A DNA stretch of 60,091 nucleotides from the NCBI GenBank assembly GCA_035492855.1, contig DATJIU010000015.1, positions 1-60,091 of the forward strand, written 5' to 3'. This document shows positions 40,043 through 50,037 of the stretch, piece by piece; within the stretch, counting starts at the first letter, position 1; each line of letters opens with the position of its first letter. The DNA is from Dongiaceae bacterium (GTDB lineage: Bacteria > Verrucomicrobiota > Verrucomicrobiia > Limisphaerales > JAFMIX01). Both the position numbers and the translations under genes were made by a program. The notes beneath the pieces were generated by a model. That model was not told the origin of the DNA. It saw only the letters and a list, made by a program, of their open reading frames with translations, and did no database searches.

Positions 40043-41972
40043 AAATGCTCCGCACCTTGCGGGACATTTCCCCGAGATCATAGGGTTTGTTGATGAACCC
40101 CAGAGCCCCTTTTTGAAAAATGCGATCTTCCAGGTCATCCCCGCCATAGCCGCTGGCAATGAGCACCCGGGCTTGCGGATCAATTTGCCGCAACCGTTCC
40201 AGGCATTCCCAGCCGCTCATCACCGGCATGCCGAGGTCGAGGATTACCAGTTCCGGGCGGGTCGCGGGATTGCGGTAGCGGTCCAGGGCAATCTCGCCAT
40301 CGGCGGCCGCAAACACGGAGTAACCCTGCCTGACCAGAAAGCGTTGCAGCATGTTGCGGATGGGCGCTTCATCGTCCACGATCATGATGGTGCCGCTGCC
40401 TTTGGGGGTCGCGCCCAGCGGCGGGGAAGCCGGCGGAGTGGCGACCAAGTCCGCCGCGGTGATGGGCAGATAAATCTCGAACGTGGTGCCCACGTTTTCC
40501 TCGCTGTGACACTGGATGTGGCCGCCGTGGTCCTTGACGATGCCGAACACCACGGATAATCCGAGTCCGGTGCCCGCGCCCACCTTCTTGGTGGTGAAGA
40601 AGGGTTCGTAGATGCGTTCCTGGGTGCGCCGGTCCATGCCGTGTCCGGTGTCGGAAATACGCAGGCAGACATGCGGTCCGGCTTTCAGTTCCGGATGATA
40701 CCGGCAGAAGTCGGCATCCAGCTCGGTGTTGCGGGTTTCGAGGGTCAGGGTGCCGCCGGTGGGCATGGCGTGGGCCGCATTGACCGCAAGGTTGAGCAGC
40801 ACCTGTTCCAGCTGGCCGGAGTCGGCATTGATCCGGTGGAGCTGGTCGCTCAGTTTCGCCGCCAGGGTAACGGACTTGGGTACAATCCGCTCGAGCATTT
40901 TCCATACGTCGCGGATGACGTGGTTCAGGTCCAGCACTTGCACCTGGCTCTTGCAGGCTTCCTTGCGGCTGAACGTCATCAACTGCCGCGAGAGCGAGGC
41001 GCCGCGCTTGGCGGCATCAATGATGGTTTTGAACTCGTCCCGATTGCGGCCAGCGCGCTCTTCCTCGTCCTTTAGCAGTTCGCCACAGCCGAGGATGATG
41101 GTGAGCAGATTGTTGAAGTCGTGGGCAATCCCGCCCGCCAGGGTGCCGATGGCCTCCATTTTCTGAGCCTGACGATATTCGGCTTCGAGAAGCTTTTGTT
41201 CGGTCAGGTCCCGGGCCACATAGACCAGGTGGGTGACCTGTCCCTGGGCATCGGTGACGGGGGAAGTGGAAACGGCAAACACGCCGCCCTTGGAGTCGCA
41301 GGGCAGCTCGGCGGAGGCCGGTTGGCCGGTCTGGAGTGATTTCAGCGCCGGACAGTTCGCGCAGGGTTGCGCCTGCTTGCGAAACATTTCGTAACAGCGG
41401 CGCCCGATTAGCGCATCCGGTGCCAGCCCCAGTTGTTGGCCGGCGGCGGCATTCGCCCGAAGAATCCGCAGGTCGGAATCCAGGACGGTCACCACATCGG
41501 GAATGGCGTCGAAGGTGCGTTCCCAGTCTTCCTTGGCGCTGCGGGTTTCGCGTTCCTTGAGCCGGAGTTCCCGGGCCACTTCAGCCGCGCGCAGCATGTA
41601 ATGGAGCCGGTGCACTTCGATGGCCCAGTTCAGCGGTTTGGTGGCAAAGCCGGTGGCGCCCGCGCAGTAGGCCCGGTCAATGGAAGCCGGATCATCCAGC
41701 GAGGTGGTGACCAATACTGGCACTTCCGCTCCCCCGGGCAAGGCCCGTAGCCGCTTGCAAAAGGCAAAGCCGTCCATTTGCGGCATGATCAAATCCACCA
41801 CCATGATGGCGGGAAAACCGGCCGGCGCGGCCAGCAGGGCGGAAGGCGCGTTGGCAAAAGTGCGGACTTCAAATCCGGCTTCGCTCAGCACCATTTGCGC
41901 GAGCATCAACGCGGTTTCATCATCATCAATGACCCATATTTGCTGGGGATGGGTCGGGCTGGGGATGTTCAT
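40008..41972 (-). CDS. hybrid histidine kinase, REC-PAS-HisKA-HATPase-REC
   Basis: From MNIPSPTH. Receiver (VIDDDE...MVVDLIMPQMDG), a PAS segment with the Cys motif CYEMFRKQAQPCANCP, H-box GGIAHDFNNLL, HATPase (GTGLGLS), and a C-terminal receiver (VILDLGMPVMSG). Confidence 0.9.
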   Translation of the reverse strand: MNIPSPTHPQQIWVIDDDETALMLAQMVLSEAGFEVRTFANAPSALLAAPAGFPAIMVVDLIMPQMDGFAFCKRLRALPGGAEVPVLVTTSLDDPASIDRAYCAGATGFATKPLNWAIEVHRLHYMLRAAEVARELRLKERETRSAKEDWERTFDAIPDVVTVLDSDLRILRANAAAGQQLGLAPDALIGRRCYEMFRKQAQPCANCPALKSLQTGQPASAELPCDSKGGVFAVSTSPVTDAQGQVTHLVYVARDLTEQKLLEAEYRQAQKMEAIGTLAGGIAHDFNNLLTIILGCGELLKDEEERAGRNRDEFKTIIDAAKRGASLSRQLMTFSRKEACKSQVQVLDLNHVIRDVWKMLERIVPKSVTLAAKLSDQLHRINADSGQLEQVLLNLAVNAAHAMPTGGTLTLETRNTELDADFCRYHPELKAGPHVCLRISDTGHGMDRRTQERIYEPFFTTKKVGAGTGLGLSVVFGIVKDHGGHIQCHSEENVGTTFEIYLPITAADLVATPPASPPLGATPKGSGTIMIVDDEAPIRNMLQRFLVRQGYSVFAAADGEIALDRYRNPATRPELVILDLGMPVMSGWECLERLRQIDPQARVLIASGYGGDDLEDRIFQKGALGFINKPYDLGEMSRKVRSIFTGQPQELSAA

Positions 41973-44900
41973 ACGGCACCTTTCTCTGCTTCGGCCCTGA
42001 GTTGGTCGAGTTGCTGGCGCAACTGCGGCAACAGGCCGGCGGCGGGAGCTAAATCCTGATTCCGGCCCAGCTTTTCCAGATCGGCGGCCAGCTGCCGGAC
42101 GCCTTCCACGGATACATTGGCGGCCGCGCCTTTGAGCCGGTGCGCCGCCGCCGCCAGGGCGGCCGGATTGTTTTGGGCCACGGCCTGGCCGATGTCCTTC
42201 CAGTCCTGCTCGGCCTGCTCCGCCAGTTTGCGGACCAGCCGGGCCGCCAGTTCCGGTTTGCCCAGACACCGGCGCAGCAGGCTGGGGTAATCAATGAAAG
42301 CGGCGCCGTTTGCCGGGGCCGGTGATGTGGGCGCGCTGGCCGCGTGATTCCGGGAAATCCATTTTTGCAACATCGTGGCCAGGGCGGCGGGGTCAATGGG
42401 CTTGGTGAGATAATCATCCATGCCGGCGGCGAGGCATTCATTGCGGTCGCTCTTCGCCGCATGTGCGGTCAGGGCCACGATGGGGATGCGCCGGCCGTTG
42501 GCTTGGCCGATCTCTAAAGTGCGAATGATCTGGGTGGCTTCGTAACCGTCCACTTCGGGCATCTGGCAGTCCATCAGGATCAGATCCACCGCACCCTTCT
42601 GGAAGGCTTCCACCGCTTCGCGGCCGTTGCGCGCCCACCGGTATTGATAGCCCAGCTCGGTGAGGATTTCGGTGGCCACCTCGCGGTTGATTTCATTGTC
42701 CTCGGCCAGGAGGACGGTGCCGCCGGTGGGGGCGGTGACGGGGCTGGCCTCCGCCGGTTCGTAGGCCGCCGGTTGCGCCGCCGGCAGGAGGCCGTTGGCG
42801 GCGGTGATGATGGCATCGTATAATTCCGATTCGCTGGCGGGCTTGGGGACGGAGGCGGCAAATCCCACCCGGCGCAGGTCGTCGCTGTTGGTGCCCTGCG
42901 AGAAGCTGCTAAGCAACACGAGCCCGGTCTGGTGCAGTTCGGCATCGTTCCGGATCACCCGGGCCAGTTCCAGGCCGTCCATGCCGGGCATCTTCCAGTC
43001 CAGCACGGCCACTTGAAACGGCTGGCCGGCTTTTGCCGCCGCCCGCAATTTTTGCAAGGCCAGGCTGGCAGCGGGCACGTCATCAGACTGGCCTTTCCAG
43101 GCGGAGATGAATTCGGTGCAGATTTCCCGGGTGGTCTCGGAGTCGTCCACGATGAGCACGCGCAGGTTGCGCAAATCCAGCGGCCGCCGGGCGGCCACGG
43201 TGGAGGTAACGGGCGTATGACGCAACGGCACGGAGAAGAAGAAAGTTGAACCATGGTCCAGCTTGCTGCACACATGAATCTTGCCGCCCATCATTTCGCA
43301 GAGTTGTCGGGAAATGGTGAGTCCCAGGCCGGTGCCGCCGTAGTTGCGGTTCATGGCACTTTCCGCCTGAACAAAGCTGTCGAAGATGATGTTGAGCTTG
43401 TCGGGCGCAATCCCGCAGCCGCTGTCGCGCACCTCAAACCGCAGGACGGTGGTGTCCGTCGCCGGTTCCTGCACCTGGCACGAAACCACCACTTCGCCGT
43501 GGCTGGTGAATTTGATGGCGTTGCCGATCAGGTTCACCAGGATTTGGCGAATCCGGTTGGAATCGCCGAGCAACTCCGCGGGCACCGTGAGGCCAATGCG
43601 GTAGGCCAGTTCCAGACCCTTCTGCTCGGCGGATTCGGCGAAGAGCCGCACCACGGTTTCCATGACCGCCGCCGGCGAGAAAGGCTGGATTTCCAGTTCC
43701 ATTTTCCCGGCTTCAATCTTGGAGAAGTCCAAAACGTCGCCGATGACGGTCAGCAAGGTCTTGGCGGAACTGAGGGCGTTGGTGGCATAGCGCGTCTGGC
43801 GTTTGTCCAGTTCGGTGCGTTGCAGCAGTTGCAGCATGCCAATCACGCCGGTGATGGGGGTCCGGATTTCATGGCTCATGTTGGCCAGAAACTGGGACTT
43901 GGCCGAACTCGCGGCCTCGGCGGCATTCTTGGCAGCCAGCAGAATGTCCTGGGTGTGATGCCGGGCAATGGCAGCCCCCAACATTTCCGCCGTGGTACGC
44001 AGACTGTCCCGTTCTGCGTCGGTCCATTGGCGTTCGGTTTCGCCGGCCTCCAGGCAGAGCACGCCCCACCAGTTGTTGTCCACAACGATGGGCGCGCCGA
44101 GAATGAAATGAACCTGGTGTGGCAGAAAAAGCTGCTGCTGCGCCAGAGGCAACTGCCGGATGTCGAGCGTTACCAGTTCCCGGTCCTCAAACCGGAGGGC
44201 GCAAGCATCGAACCCGGCACCGTGCCAGGGAAAATGTTCCCGGGCCGAACCGCGAACCGAATTCAGTCCGGGGCGCACCCATTCATAGCGCAGGCAGGCC
44301 CCGGGGCTGCCGGCGTGGTCCAGTTCATTTTGGAACAGCAGCACCCGGTCCACGGTGGCCGCCTGGCCAATGCGCGCCAACACCTCGGCAATGACGTTTT
44401 TCCAGTCCGGATTGTTAAGGAATTCCTGGGCGGCATAGCGGACGCTTTGGAGCATCTGGTCGCGATGCAGCAGGGCGCCGGTCATGGAATTGACGGACCC
44501 GGCGAGTTGCCCGAGTTCGTCGCCCCGGTCGATGGTGGCCCGGGCAGTGAGGTTGCCGCCGGCCACCGCGTGAACCACCTCCCGCAATTTAAGGATGGGC
44601 CGGACCAGATGTTTGGCATATACCAAGGAGGCGGCCAGGCTGAGCAAAATGCAGAGGCAAGCCAGCAGGCTGGTGCGGTGATAGACCTGGGTAACGCTTT
44701 GGCGGTAGCTCTCCAACGAAAGCCCCACATGGATCCAGCCCCATTGGATGCCCGAATAATCAAACGGCTGCGAGTAGTGAAAGACGTTGTCCTTGACCAA
44801 CGGCACATAACCGATGCCGCCGGCGGCTTGACGTTGCTCCGGCCGCCATTCCTTGCCGGTGCTGGTCTCGCAGCGCCAGCCGGTACGGTCAGTGATGATG

Positions 44901-45208
44901 GAGAACCCGTCGCTGCGGGTGATCACCAGGTACTCTAGCGAGGAATCGCCCTTGAGCATTTCGGTGCAGTGTTCCACCACGCTGCTGTAGTCCTCATTGA
45001 TGGCGGCGCCGGCGGCAACTTCGTGCAGCGACACGGCGATACCATGGGCCTTGGATTCCAGGTTCTGGACGAACGTGCGTTTCTGTTGCGGAATGAGCAC
45101 CGTGATGAACAGCAGCAACGTGGCGATGGTGACCAGCCATGACATCAGGGCGGTACGCGGGGTGATGCCGAGCCAGCGATGCGTCAATTTGGAGGGGCGC
45201 GCGGGCAT
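41969..45208 (-). CDS. membrane hybrid histidine kinase, periplasmic domain-HAMP-GAF-HisKA-HATPase-REC-REC-HPt
   Basis: Two TM segments flank a periplasmic region of about 170 aa. HAMP ([11 protein letters not shown]), a GAF-like block, H-box [21 protein letters not shown], two receivers, and HPt ([10 protein letters not shown]). The start is 2 nt after the upstream stop, and the stop overlaps the downstream start (ATGA). Confidence 0.9.
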   Translation of the reverse strand: MPARPSKLTHRWLGITPRTALMSWLVTIATLLLFITVLIPQQKRTFVQNLESKAHGIAVSLHEVAAGAAINEDYSSVVEHCTEMLKGDSSLEYLVITRSDGFSIITDRTGWRCETSTGKEWRPEQRQAAGGIGYVPLVKDNVFHYSQPFDYSGIQWGWIHVGLSLESYRQSVTQVYHRTSLLACLCILLSLAASLVYAKHLVRPILKLREVVHAVAGGNLTARATIDRGDELGQLAGSVNSMTGALLHRDQMLQSVRYAAQEFLNNPDWKNVIAEVLARIGQAATVDRVLLFQNELDHAGSPGACLRYEWVRPGLNSVRGSAREHFPWHGAGFDACALRFEDRELVTLDIRQLPLAQQQLFLPHQVHFILGAPIVVDNNWWGVLCLEAGETERQWTDAERDSLRTTAEMLGAAIARHHTQDILLAAKNAAEAASSAKSQFLANMSHEIRTPITGVIGMLQLLQRTELDKRQTRYATNALSSAKTLLTVIGDVLDFSKIEAGKMELEIQPFSPAAVMETVVRLFAESAEQKGLELAYRIGLTVPAELLGDSNRIRQILVNLIGNAIKFTSHGEVVVSCQVQEPATDTTVLRFEVRDSGCGIAPDKLNIIFDSFVQAESAMNRNYGGTGLGLTISRQLCEMMGGKIHVCSKLDHGSTFFFSVPLRHTPVTSTVAARRPLDLRNLRVLIVDDSETTREICTEFISAWKGQSDDVPAASLALQKLRAAAKAGQPFQVAVLDWKMPGMDGLELARVIRNDAELHQTGLVLLSSFSQGTNSDDLRRVGFAASVPKPASESELYDAIITAANGLLPAAQPAAYEPAEASPVTAPTGGTVLLAEDNEINREVATEILTELGYQYRWARNGREAVEAFQKGAVDLILMDCQMPEVDGYEATQIIRTLEIGQANGRRIPIVALTAHAAKSDRNECLAAGMDDYLTKPIDPAALATMLQKWISRNHAASAPTSPAPANGAAFIDYPSLLRRCLGKPELAARLVRKLAEQAEQDWKDIGQAVAQNNPAALAAAAHRLKGAAANVSVEGVRQLAADLEKLGRNQDLAPAAGLLPQLRQQLDQLRAEAEKGAV

Positions 45209-45209
45209 C

Positions 45210-46232
45210 TTATTTGCGGGCCGTTTGGGGAGGCGCGAGAGGTTCAGCGATCGCCGGTGCCGCCGGCGAAGCATTGTTCGCATGAGTACGATAGGCCTTG
45301 AGCAATTCTTCGTGCCGGGCCAGCAGGTCCAGGGCGCCCTGCATGCAGGTCAGCGGGCGTTCCTCCACCCGTTCGGCCTGGAATACCGTCAACAGCTGTT
45401 GACCGGCCGGTGAGGTATGGACCTGCTTAAGTTGCTCGATCATGCGGTCCACGGCGGCGGCGGGAGTGGCGGCATTGAAAAATCCGCCACTGGGGAGCAG
45501 GGCCGGGGAAGTGGCCAGCGGTTTGAGCTGCTCGAAAATCTGAGGGTTCATTTCGCCCAGAATGGCAAATCCGGACTGGCTCACGAGACAGGCATCCGCC
45601 TGGCGGAAAAAAACCGGCAACACCACTTTGGCCAATTTGGTGTTGGTGGTGATCCGGCCGAAATACTGGCTTGCCGGCTCGAGATTGGACTCCAACAGGA
45701 TGGTGTCGAGCCAAGGCTGGGCGAGGCTCATGGCCGGGCTTTCCAAGACCAGAAGGGAGCGGCCTTTCAAGTCAGCCGCAGTTTGCCAGGAGGAATCTTT
45801 GCGCACCAGCAACAGGTACGTTTCCATGAACTCGCCACCGGTGCGGGTGGCGCTGATGAACCGGTTGAACTTGAGGTCCTCGCGGATGCTCCAATACTCC
45901 GGCAAAGTCATGGTGACGATGTCCACCTTCTGACCTTGCCAGGATTTCACCATGGCAGGCAGGCTGGTGAAAACTTCCGGGTTGGGATCCACCTGGATAT
46001 GCCGTTCCTCAGCCAGGGTACGCACCCAGGTTTTGACGGCGGCATTGGCGTCGTTTTCATTGAATCCTACCAGGATGTTGGGGGAAAAGCCCATCCGGAA
46101 GAGGTGGCCAGGTTCGGCGGCAGAGTCTTCCGGTCCGGCATAAAGGACAGCGGCAGCCAGCCACAATCCGGTGAGCCAGGCAACGCCCCGAGGGATCCGA
46201 CCCCAGTCTGATATGACGTATTTGAGCTTCAT
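45210..46232 (-). CDS. PhnD-like periplasmic substrate-binding protein (paralog A)
   Basis: N-terminal anchor or signal, with FRMGFSP...NENDANA...LLLVRKDS...ADACLVSQ resembling phosphonate/phosphite-type binding proteins. The family assignment is from memory only. Confidence 0.7.
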   Translation of the reverse strand: MKLKYVISDWGRIPRGVAWLTGLWLAAAVLYAGPEDSAAEPGHLFRMGFSPNILVGFNENDANAAVKTWVRTLAEERHIQVDPNPEVFTSLPAMVKSWQGQKVDIVTMTLPEYWSIREDLKFNRFISATRTGGEFMETYLLLVRKDSSWQTAADLKGRSLLVLESPAMSLAQPWLDTILLESNLEPASQYFGRITTNTKLAKVVLPVFFRQADACLVSQSGFAILGEMNPQIFEQLKPLATSPALLPSGGFFNAATPAAAVDRMIEQLKQVHTSPAGQQLLTVFQAERVEERPLTCMQGALDLLARHEELLKAYRTHANNASPAAPAIAEPLAPPQTARK

Positions 46233-47242
46233 GAAGGAGGCTGGCTGTGTTGGGCGATGACCGATTCGGCCGGGCCCGGAGGTTGGTGGATCGTCCCGCA
46301 AAGTTTCTGATGCCTGGTGATCAGTTCCAACGTGGGCGCCAGGCAGGACACCGGTTTAATGACGAACCCTTCGGTTTGAAACAACGCCAAAATCTGCTGG
46401 CCCGCCGGGGTGTCATGCAGGTTGCGGATTTCCTGAAACACCTGCTCCCGTTGGGGCAGGGGATGATCTGCGCGGAAAGCGATCAATGACGGCACCAGCT
46501 CCGGCGATTCGGCCACCACCCGCAACTGGAGTTGGAGCTGAGGATTGAGTTCGGCCAGCACGTCGTAGCTCTGCCGGGTGAGCAGGCAGGCATCGGCCTT
46601 GTGGAAAAAGACCGGAAGCCCTACCTGGGCCGGCTTGGAATTGGTGGTGACGCGGTCGAAAAAATCCGTTGCCGCGGGCAGGCGATTTTGAGCGAGCAAG
46701 ACGTCGAGCCAGATGAAGGCCAGGCTCATGCGCGGAGTCTGCAAAACCACCAGACTATGGCCGCGCAATTGGTCGATTTTATCCCAGCCGCTGTCTTTCC
46801 GCACGAGCAGCACGTATGCTTGGGTGTATCGGCCATCGAGGACGGATAGCGCTACCTGGTCGAAAAGAACGGTCTGCCGGAGTTCATAGTATTCGGGGGC
46901 GAGCAGGCCGTAACCATCCATGGGCTTGGTGCTCGCCGCCGGGACCATGGCGGCTACGGTGGGAAAAACATACAGATTGGAATCCACCCCGACATGATGA
47001 TTCTGCACAATGGTCTGGATCCAAACTTTCATGGCCGCCCGGACATCGTTTTCATTGTAGCCAGGGGTGAACAGCCCGGAGGTATAGCCAAAACGCAGCA
47101 GTTGCTGCGGGGCGGTTGTTGCGGGGAGTTCCGCGGCGGGAAGCAGGTTCCAGCCGCCGCCAAGCAGCAATGCCAGGAACGTCCCGCCACCGGAAATGAT
47201 GCGGCGCCCGTTAACCCAAAAATTTGCCAGAAGCGGGATCAT
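46229..47242 (-). CDS. PhnD-like periplasmic substrate-binding protein (paralog B)
   Basis: Aligns by eye with 45210-46232 (LRFGYTS...NENDVRA...VLLVRKDS...ADACLLTRQ...TPAGQQIL). ATGA overlaps at both ends. Confidence 0.7.
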   Translation of the reverse strand: MIPLLANFWVNGRRIISGGGTFLALLLGGGWNLLPAAELPATTAPQQLLRFGYTSGLFTPGYNENDVRAAMKVWIQTIVQNHHVGVDSNLYVFPTVAAMVPAASTKPMDGYGLLAPEYYELRQTVLFDQVALSVLDGRYTQAYVLLVRKDSGWDKIDQLRGHSLVVLQTPRMSLAFIWLDVLLAQNRLPAATDFFDRVTTNSKPAQVGLPVFFHKADACLLTRQSYDVLAELNPQLQLQLRVVAESPELVPSLIAFRADHPLPQREQVFQEIRNLHDTPAGQQILALFQTEGFVIKPVSCLAPTLELITRHQKLCGTIHQPPGPAESVIAQHSQPPS

Positions 47243-48774
47243 GGCACTTGGAATTGCTTGAGCACTTCCGTGCCTACAATCAGGTTGAGCTGCGATTGCA
47301 GGGCGGCCTGGTCGTAACACACCTTGTAATGCTGGGCCGACATCAGAGCTTCGGTCAGCTGGGCCCGGACTACCTTTTCGGTTTCCACCAGTTCGTTCTC
47401 ATACGCGCGGGTGTTCAAATCCCGGTTCTCCGTGGCGGCGGTCATTGCGTCCAAAGTGGCCTGATACGCTTTCTGGGTGGCAGTCAGGCCGAGAAACGCG
47501 CTTTTGACCTGAAGACCAATTCCTTCTTGCAGGAGGATTTTTTCCTCCTTGATCTTGGCCAGTTGGGCGCGGGCTTCGGCAATTTTATTCCGGGTCAGAA
47601 AACCATCAAAGAGGGGAATCTCCATGCCTACGCCCACGGTCCAGCCCTCCTTGTTGCGGTCGGTGGCGGTACCGGCGTTGTAGTCATTCCACCATTTGTG
47701 CAGCTCGCCGGTGAGCGCCACCTTGGGATAATGCCCGCTCTGGGCGGTCTCCACGGCGCCTTCAGCGGCCTGCAGGCCAGCCGCAATTTTTTCCCAGTCA
47801 GGATTGAACTGGTACGCGGTGGTGACCAGTTCAGACAGATTCCCGGCCACCGGAGTGAACGGAATGGTCTGGTCTTGGGGTGTGATGCTTTCCGCCCAGG
47901 CCAGTCCCATGGTGTTGGCCAGGGCGGCTCGCGCGAGTGCCTCATTCTTTTCTAGCAGAGCCACCATTGAGCGGAGGGTTTCCACCATGACCTTGTTTTC
48001 CAGAAAATCCGCCTTGGTCACCTTGCCGCTGCCTTCCTTGTACATTGTTTCGGTGAGATGCAGCGTGGCCTCCATGCGAGCGAGTGTATTCTGTCCCAGT
48101 TGGTGCAATTGCCGCGCCAGCACGGCGCCGTAGTACATGCGCCGGACGCTGTCGGCGATTTCCAGGTCGGTGCGATGCGCCTCAGCCTTCATCAGGGCCA
48201 CATAGCCCTCGGCCTGTTGGCGGTAACCGTGGCGCATGCCGCCGTCAAAGAGCAGCCAGGTCAGGTTCAATGAGGCCGAGAATGACTCCGGGTCCATGAG
48301 TTTGACGTCCTGCGCGGGTACTGTGACCGATTGAGCCGGGATGGAAGACAACGTGCCGACGATATTGTTGCCTGGGTCGGCGATGGCTAGGCCATAGCCG
48401 GGCGGCAGGGGCAACGGCTGGGCGGCGATGGAATAGGTGCTTGCCGGAAACAGGAAGTCCGGTGATTCATCCATGCGTTGGTAGCCGGCCTTGGCCCCAA
48501 TTTGCGGCCAGTAGGCCGCCAGCGCCTGACGATGCTGGGCTTCGGCCACCAGCACGGCATATTGCGACGCCGGCCGCCGGTGACTCTGTTTGAGCGCCAG
48601 ATCCAGGCAAGCCGGCAGGGACAGCACCTCATCGGCGGCGATTTGATTCGCGGACGTGCTTGAAGTTGCCTCCGGAAAGACTCCGGCAAAACCGGAGATG
48701 GGCTGCAACAGGTTAATAAAACAAATGACAAGCAAAAAGAATTTGCTTCTCTTAACAAACAATGCCGGACTCAT
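47239..48774 (-). CDS. TolC-family outer-membrane channel protein
   Basis: Signal peptide from MSPALFVKRSKFFLLVICF, with duplicated coiled-coil/beta-barrel repeats and typical TolC motifs (LSLPACLDLALKQS, AEAQHRQALAAYWPQI, DLNTRAYENELV). Confidence 0.85.
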   Translation of the reverse strand: MSPALFVKRSKFFLLVICFINLLQPISGFAGVFPEATSSTSANQIAADEVLSLPACLDLALKQSHRRPASQYAVLVAEAQHRQALAAYWPQIGAKAGYQRMDESPDFLFPASTYSIAAQPLPLPPGYGLAIADPGNNIVGTLSSIPAQSVTVPAQDVKLMDPESFSASLNLTWLLFDGGMRHGYRQQAEGYVALMKAEAHRTDLEIADSVRRMYYGAVLARQLHQLGQNTLARMEATLHLTETMYKEGSGKVTKADFLENKVMVETLRSMVALLEKNEALARAALANTMGLAWAESITPQDQTIPFTPVAGNLSELVTTAYQFNPDWEKIAAGLQAAEGAVETAQSGHYPKVALTGELHKWWNDYNAGTATDRNKEGWTVGVGMEIPLFDGFLTRNKIAEARAQLAKIKEEKILLQEGIGLQVKSAFLGLTATQKAYQATLDAMTAATENRDLNTRAYENELVETEKVVRAQLTEALMSAQHYKVCYDQAALQSQLNLIVGTEVLKQFQVP

Positions 48775-49043
48775 TAAAATTAGGTGGTTCACCACCTATT
48801 ATTCATCGGCAAAAAAACCGCCAGCTGAAGTTCCATTTCCGTTAGCAATCGGTGCAAATCCGGGGGGATTTTTGCGCGACTTTTCGCATCTGCAACAGAT
48901 AGAACACAAAATGGTTCTTCCGTAGCAAAAAACGGCTGGCTGAAGGAAATTAATTTGTTGGTAAGGCTCTTATTACAAAGTGGTAATTAATGCTGGATTT
49001 GAGAGACTGGCACTGCGCCGGCGGGTGGAAAAGTTGGCGGGTC

Positions 49044-49955
49044 TTAGCTTCTCTTTGCGGTAGATGGATTTCCATTGGAGAGTGTGGCGGCGGCGATGAA
49101 CTTCTCCACCACGGCGGAAGCTGAACTTTTGAGCACGGCCGCCCCGACTACCAGAGGTGGACCCGCGGGAGTCAAAGCGATCAACTTGAGCCGGGGCCCG
49201 ACCATGCAGGCCACACAATTGGGTACCAAACCAATGCCCCGCCCGGCTTCCACCGCTGCCAGCAGTCCGGTAACACCTTCGTGTTCTTCGACGATCCGTG
49301 GTTTGCTTGGGCTTCGGGAAAACAACTGGCCCAATTGCACGTGATAGTCCGGATAATCTTTGCGGCTGTAGGCAATCAGGGGCTCGGCGGCAATGCCGGC
49401 CAGGTTGATATTGCGGCGGCGGGCGAGGGGATGTCCGGGCGCCACCGCAACGCACATTTGATAGCGCGCCAGTTCCTGAAACCGAAACTGGCGCAGCGCC
49501 TTTTCCTGGGGCTGCACGGCTAGGGCGATGTCCAACTGCCCGGCTTGCAGTTGCCGCAACATTTCCTCCGTGGAAAGGTCGTGCAGTCCCACGCGAATGC
49601 CCGGGAATTCCTCTTGAAAGCGCCGCAGCGCCTGCGGCAAAATTTGAATCGTCAGCGACGGCGCGTAGCCCACGTGAATTTCGCCTTTGATGCCTCCCGC
49701 CACCGCCCGGGCCGCCGCCACCGCCGCCTCCACGCGGGCCAACACCGCCCGGCATTCGGTGAGAAACACCTTGCCTGCCTCGGTCAACCGCACCGATTTG
49801 GCGTCGCGTTCCAGCAAGGCCAGCCCGGTTTCCGCCTCCAAATCGCGGATCTGCCGGCTTAATCCCGGTTGCGACACATGCAGCCGCGCCGCGGCGCGCG
49901 TGATGTTCTCCGCCTCGGCCACGGCCACAAAGTATCGCAGGTGTCGCAGTTCCAT
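49044..49955 (-). CDS. LysR-family transcriptional regulator
   Basis: MELRHLRYFVAVAEAENITRAAARLHVSQPGLSRQIRDLE is a canonical LysR HTH. The ORF-track start at 49979 adds 8 atypical residues. Confidence 0.9.
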   Translation of the reverse strand: MELRHLRYFVAVAEAENITRAAARLHVSQPGLSRQIRDLEAETGLALLERDAKSVRLTEAGKVFLTECRAVLARVEAAVAAARAVAGGIKGEIHVGYAPSLTIQILPQALRRFQEEFPGIRVGLHDLSTEEMLRQLQAGQLDIALAVQPQEKALRQFRFQELARYQMCVAVAPGHPLARRRNINLAGIAAEPLIAYSRKDYPDYHVQLGQLFSRSPSKPRIVEEHEGVTGLLAAVEAGRGIGLVPNCVACMVGPRLKLIALTPAGPPLVVGAAVLKSSASAVVEKFIAAATLSNGNPSTAKRS

Positions 49956-50037
49956 GCCGGGAGCATACCTTTCAGGCATGCTAAGACAAGAAACATGGTA
50001 TTTCCCGGGAACCGCAATCGTGGAGTAATGTCATCCC

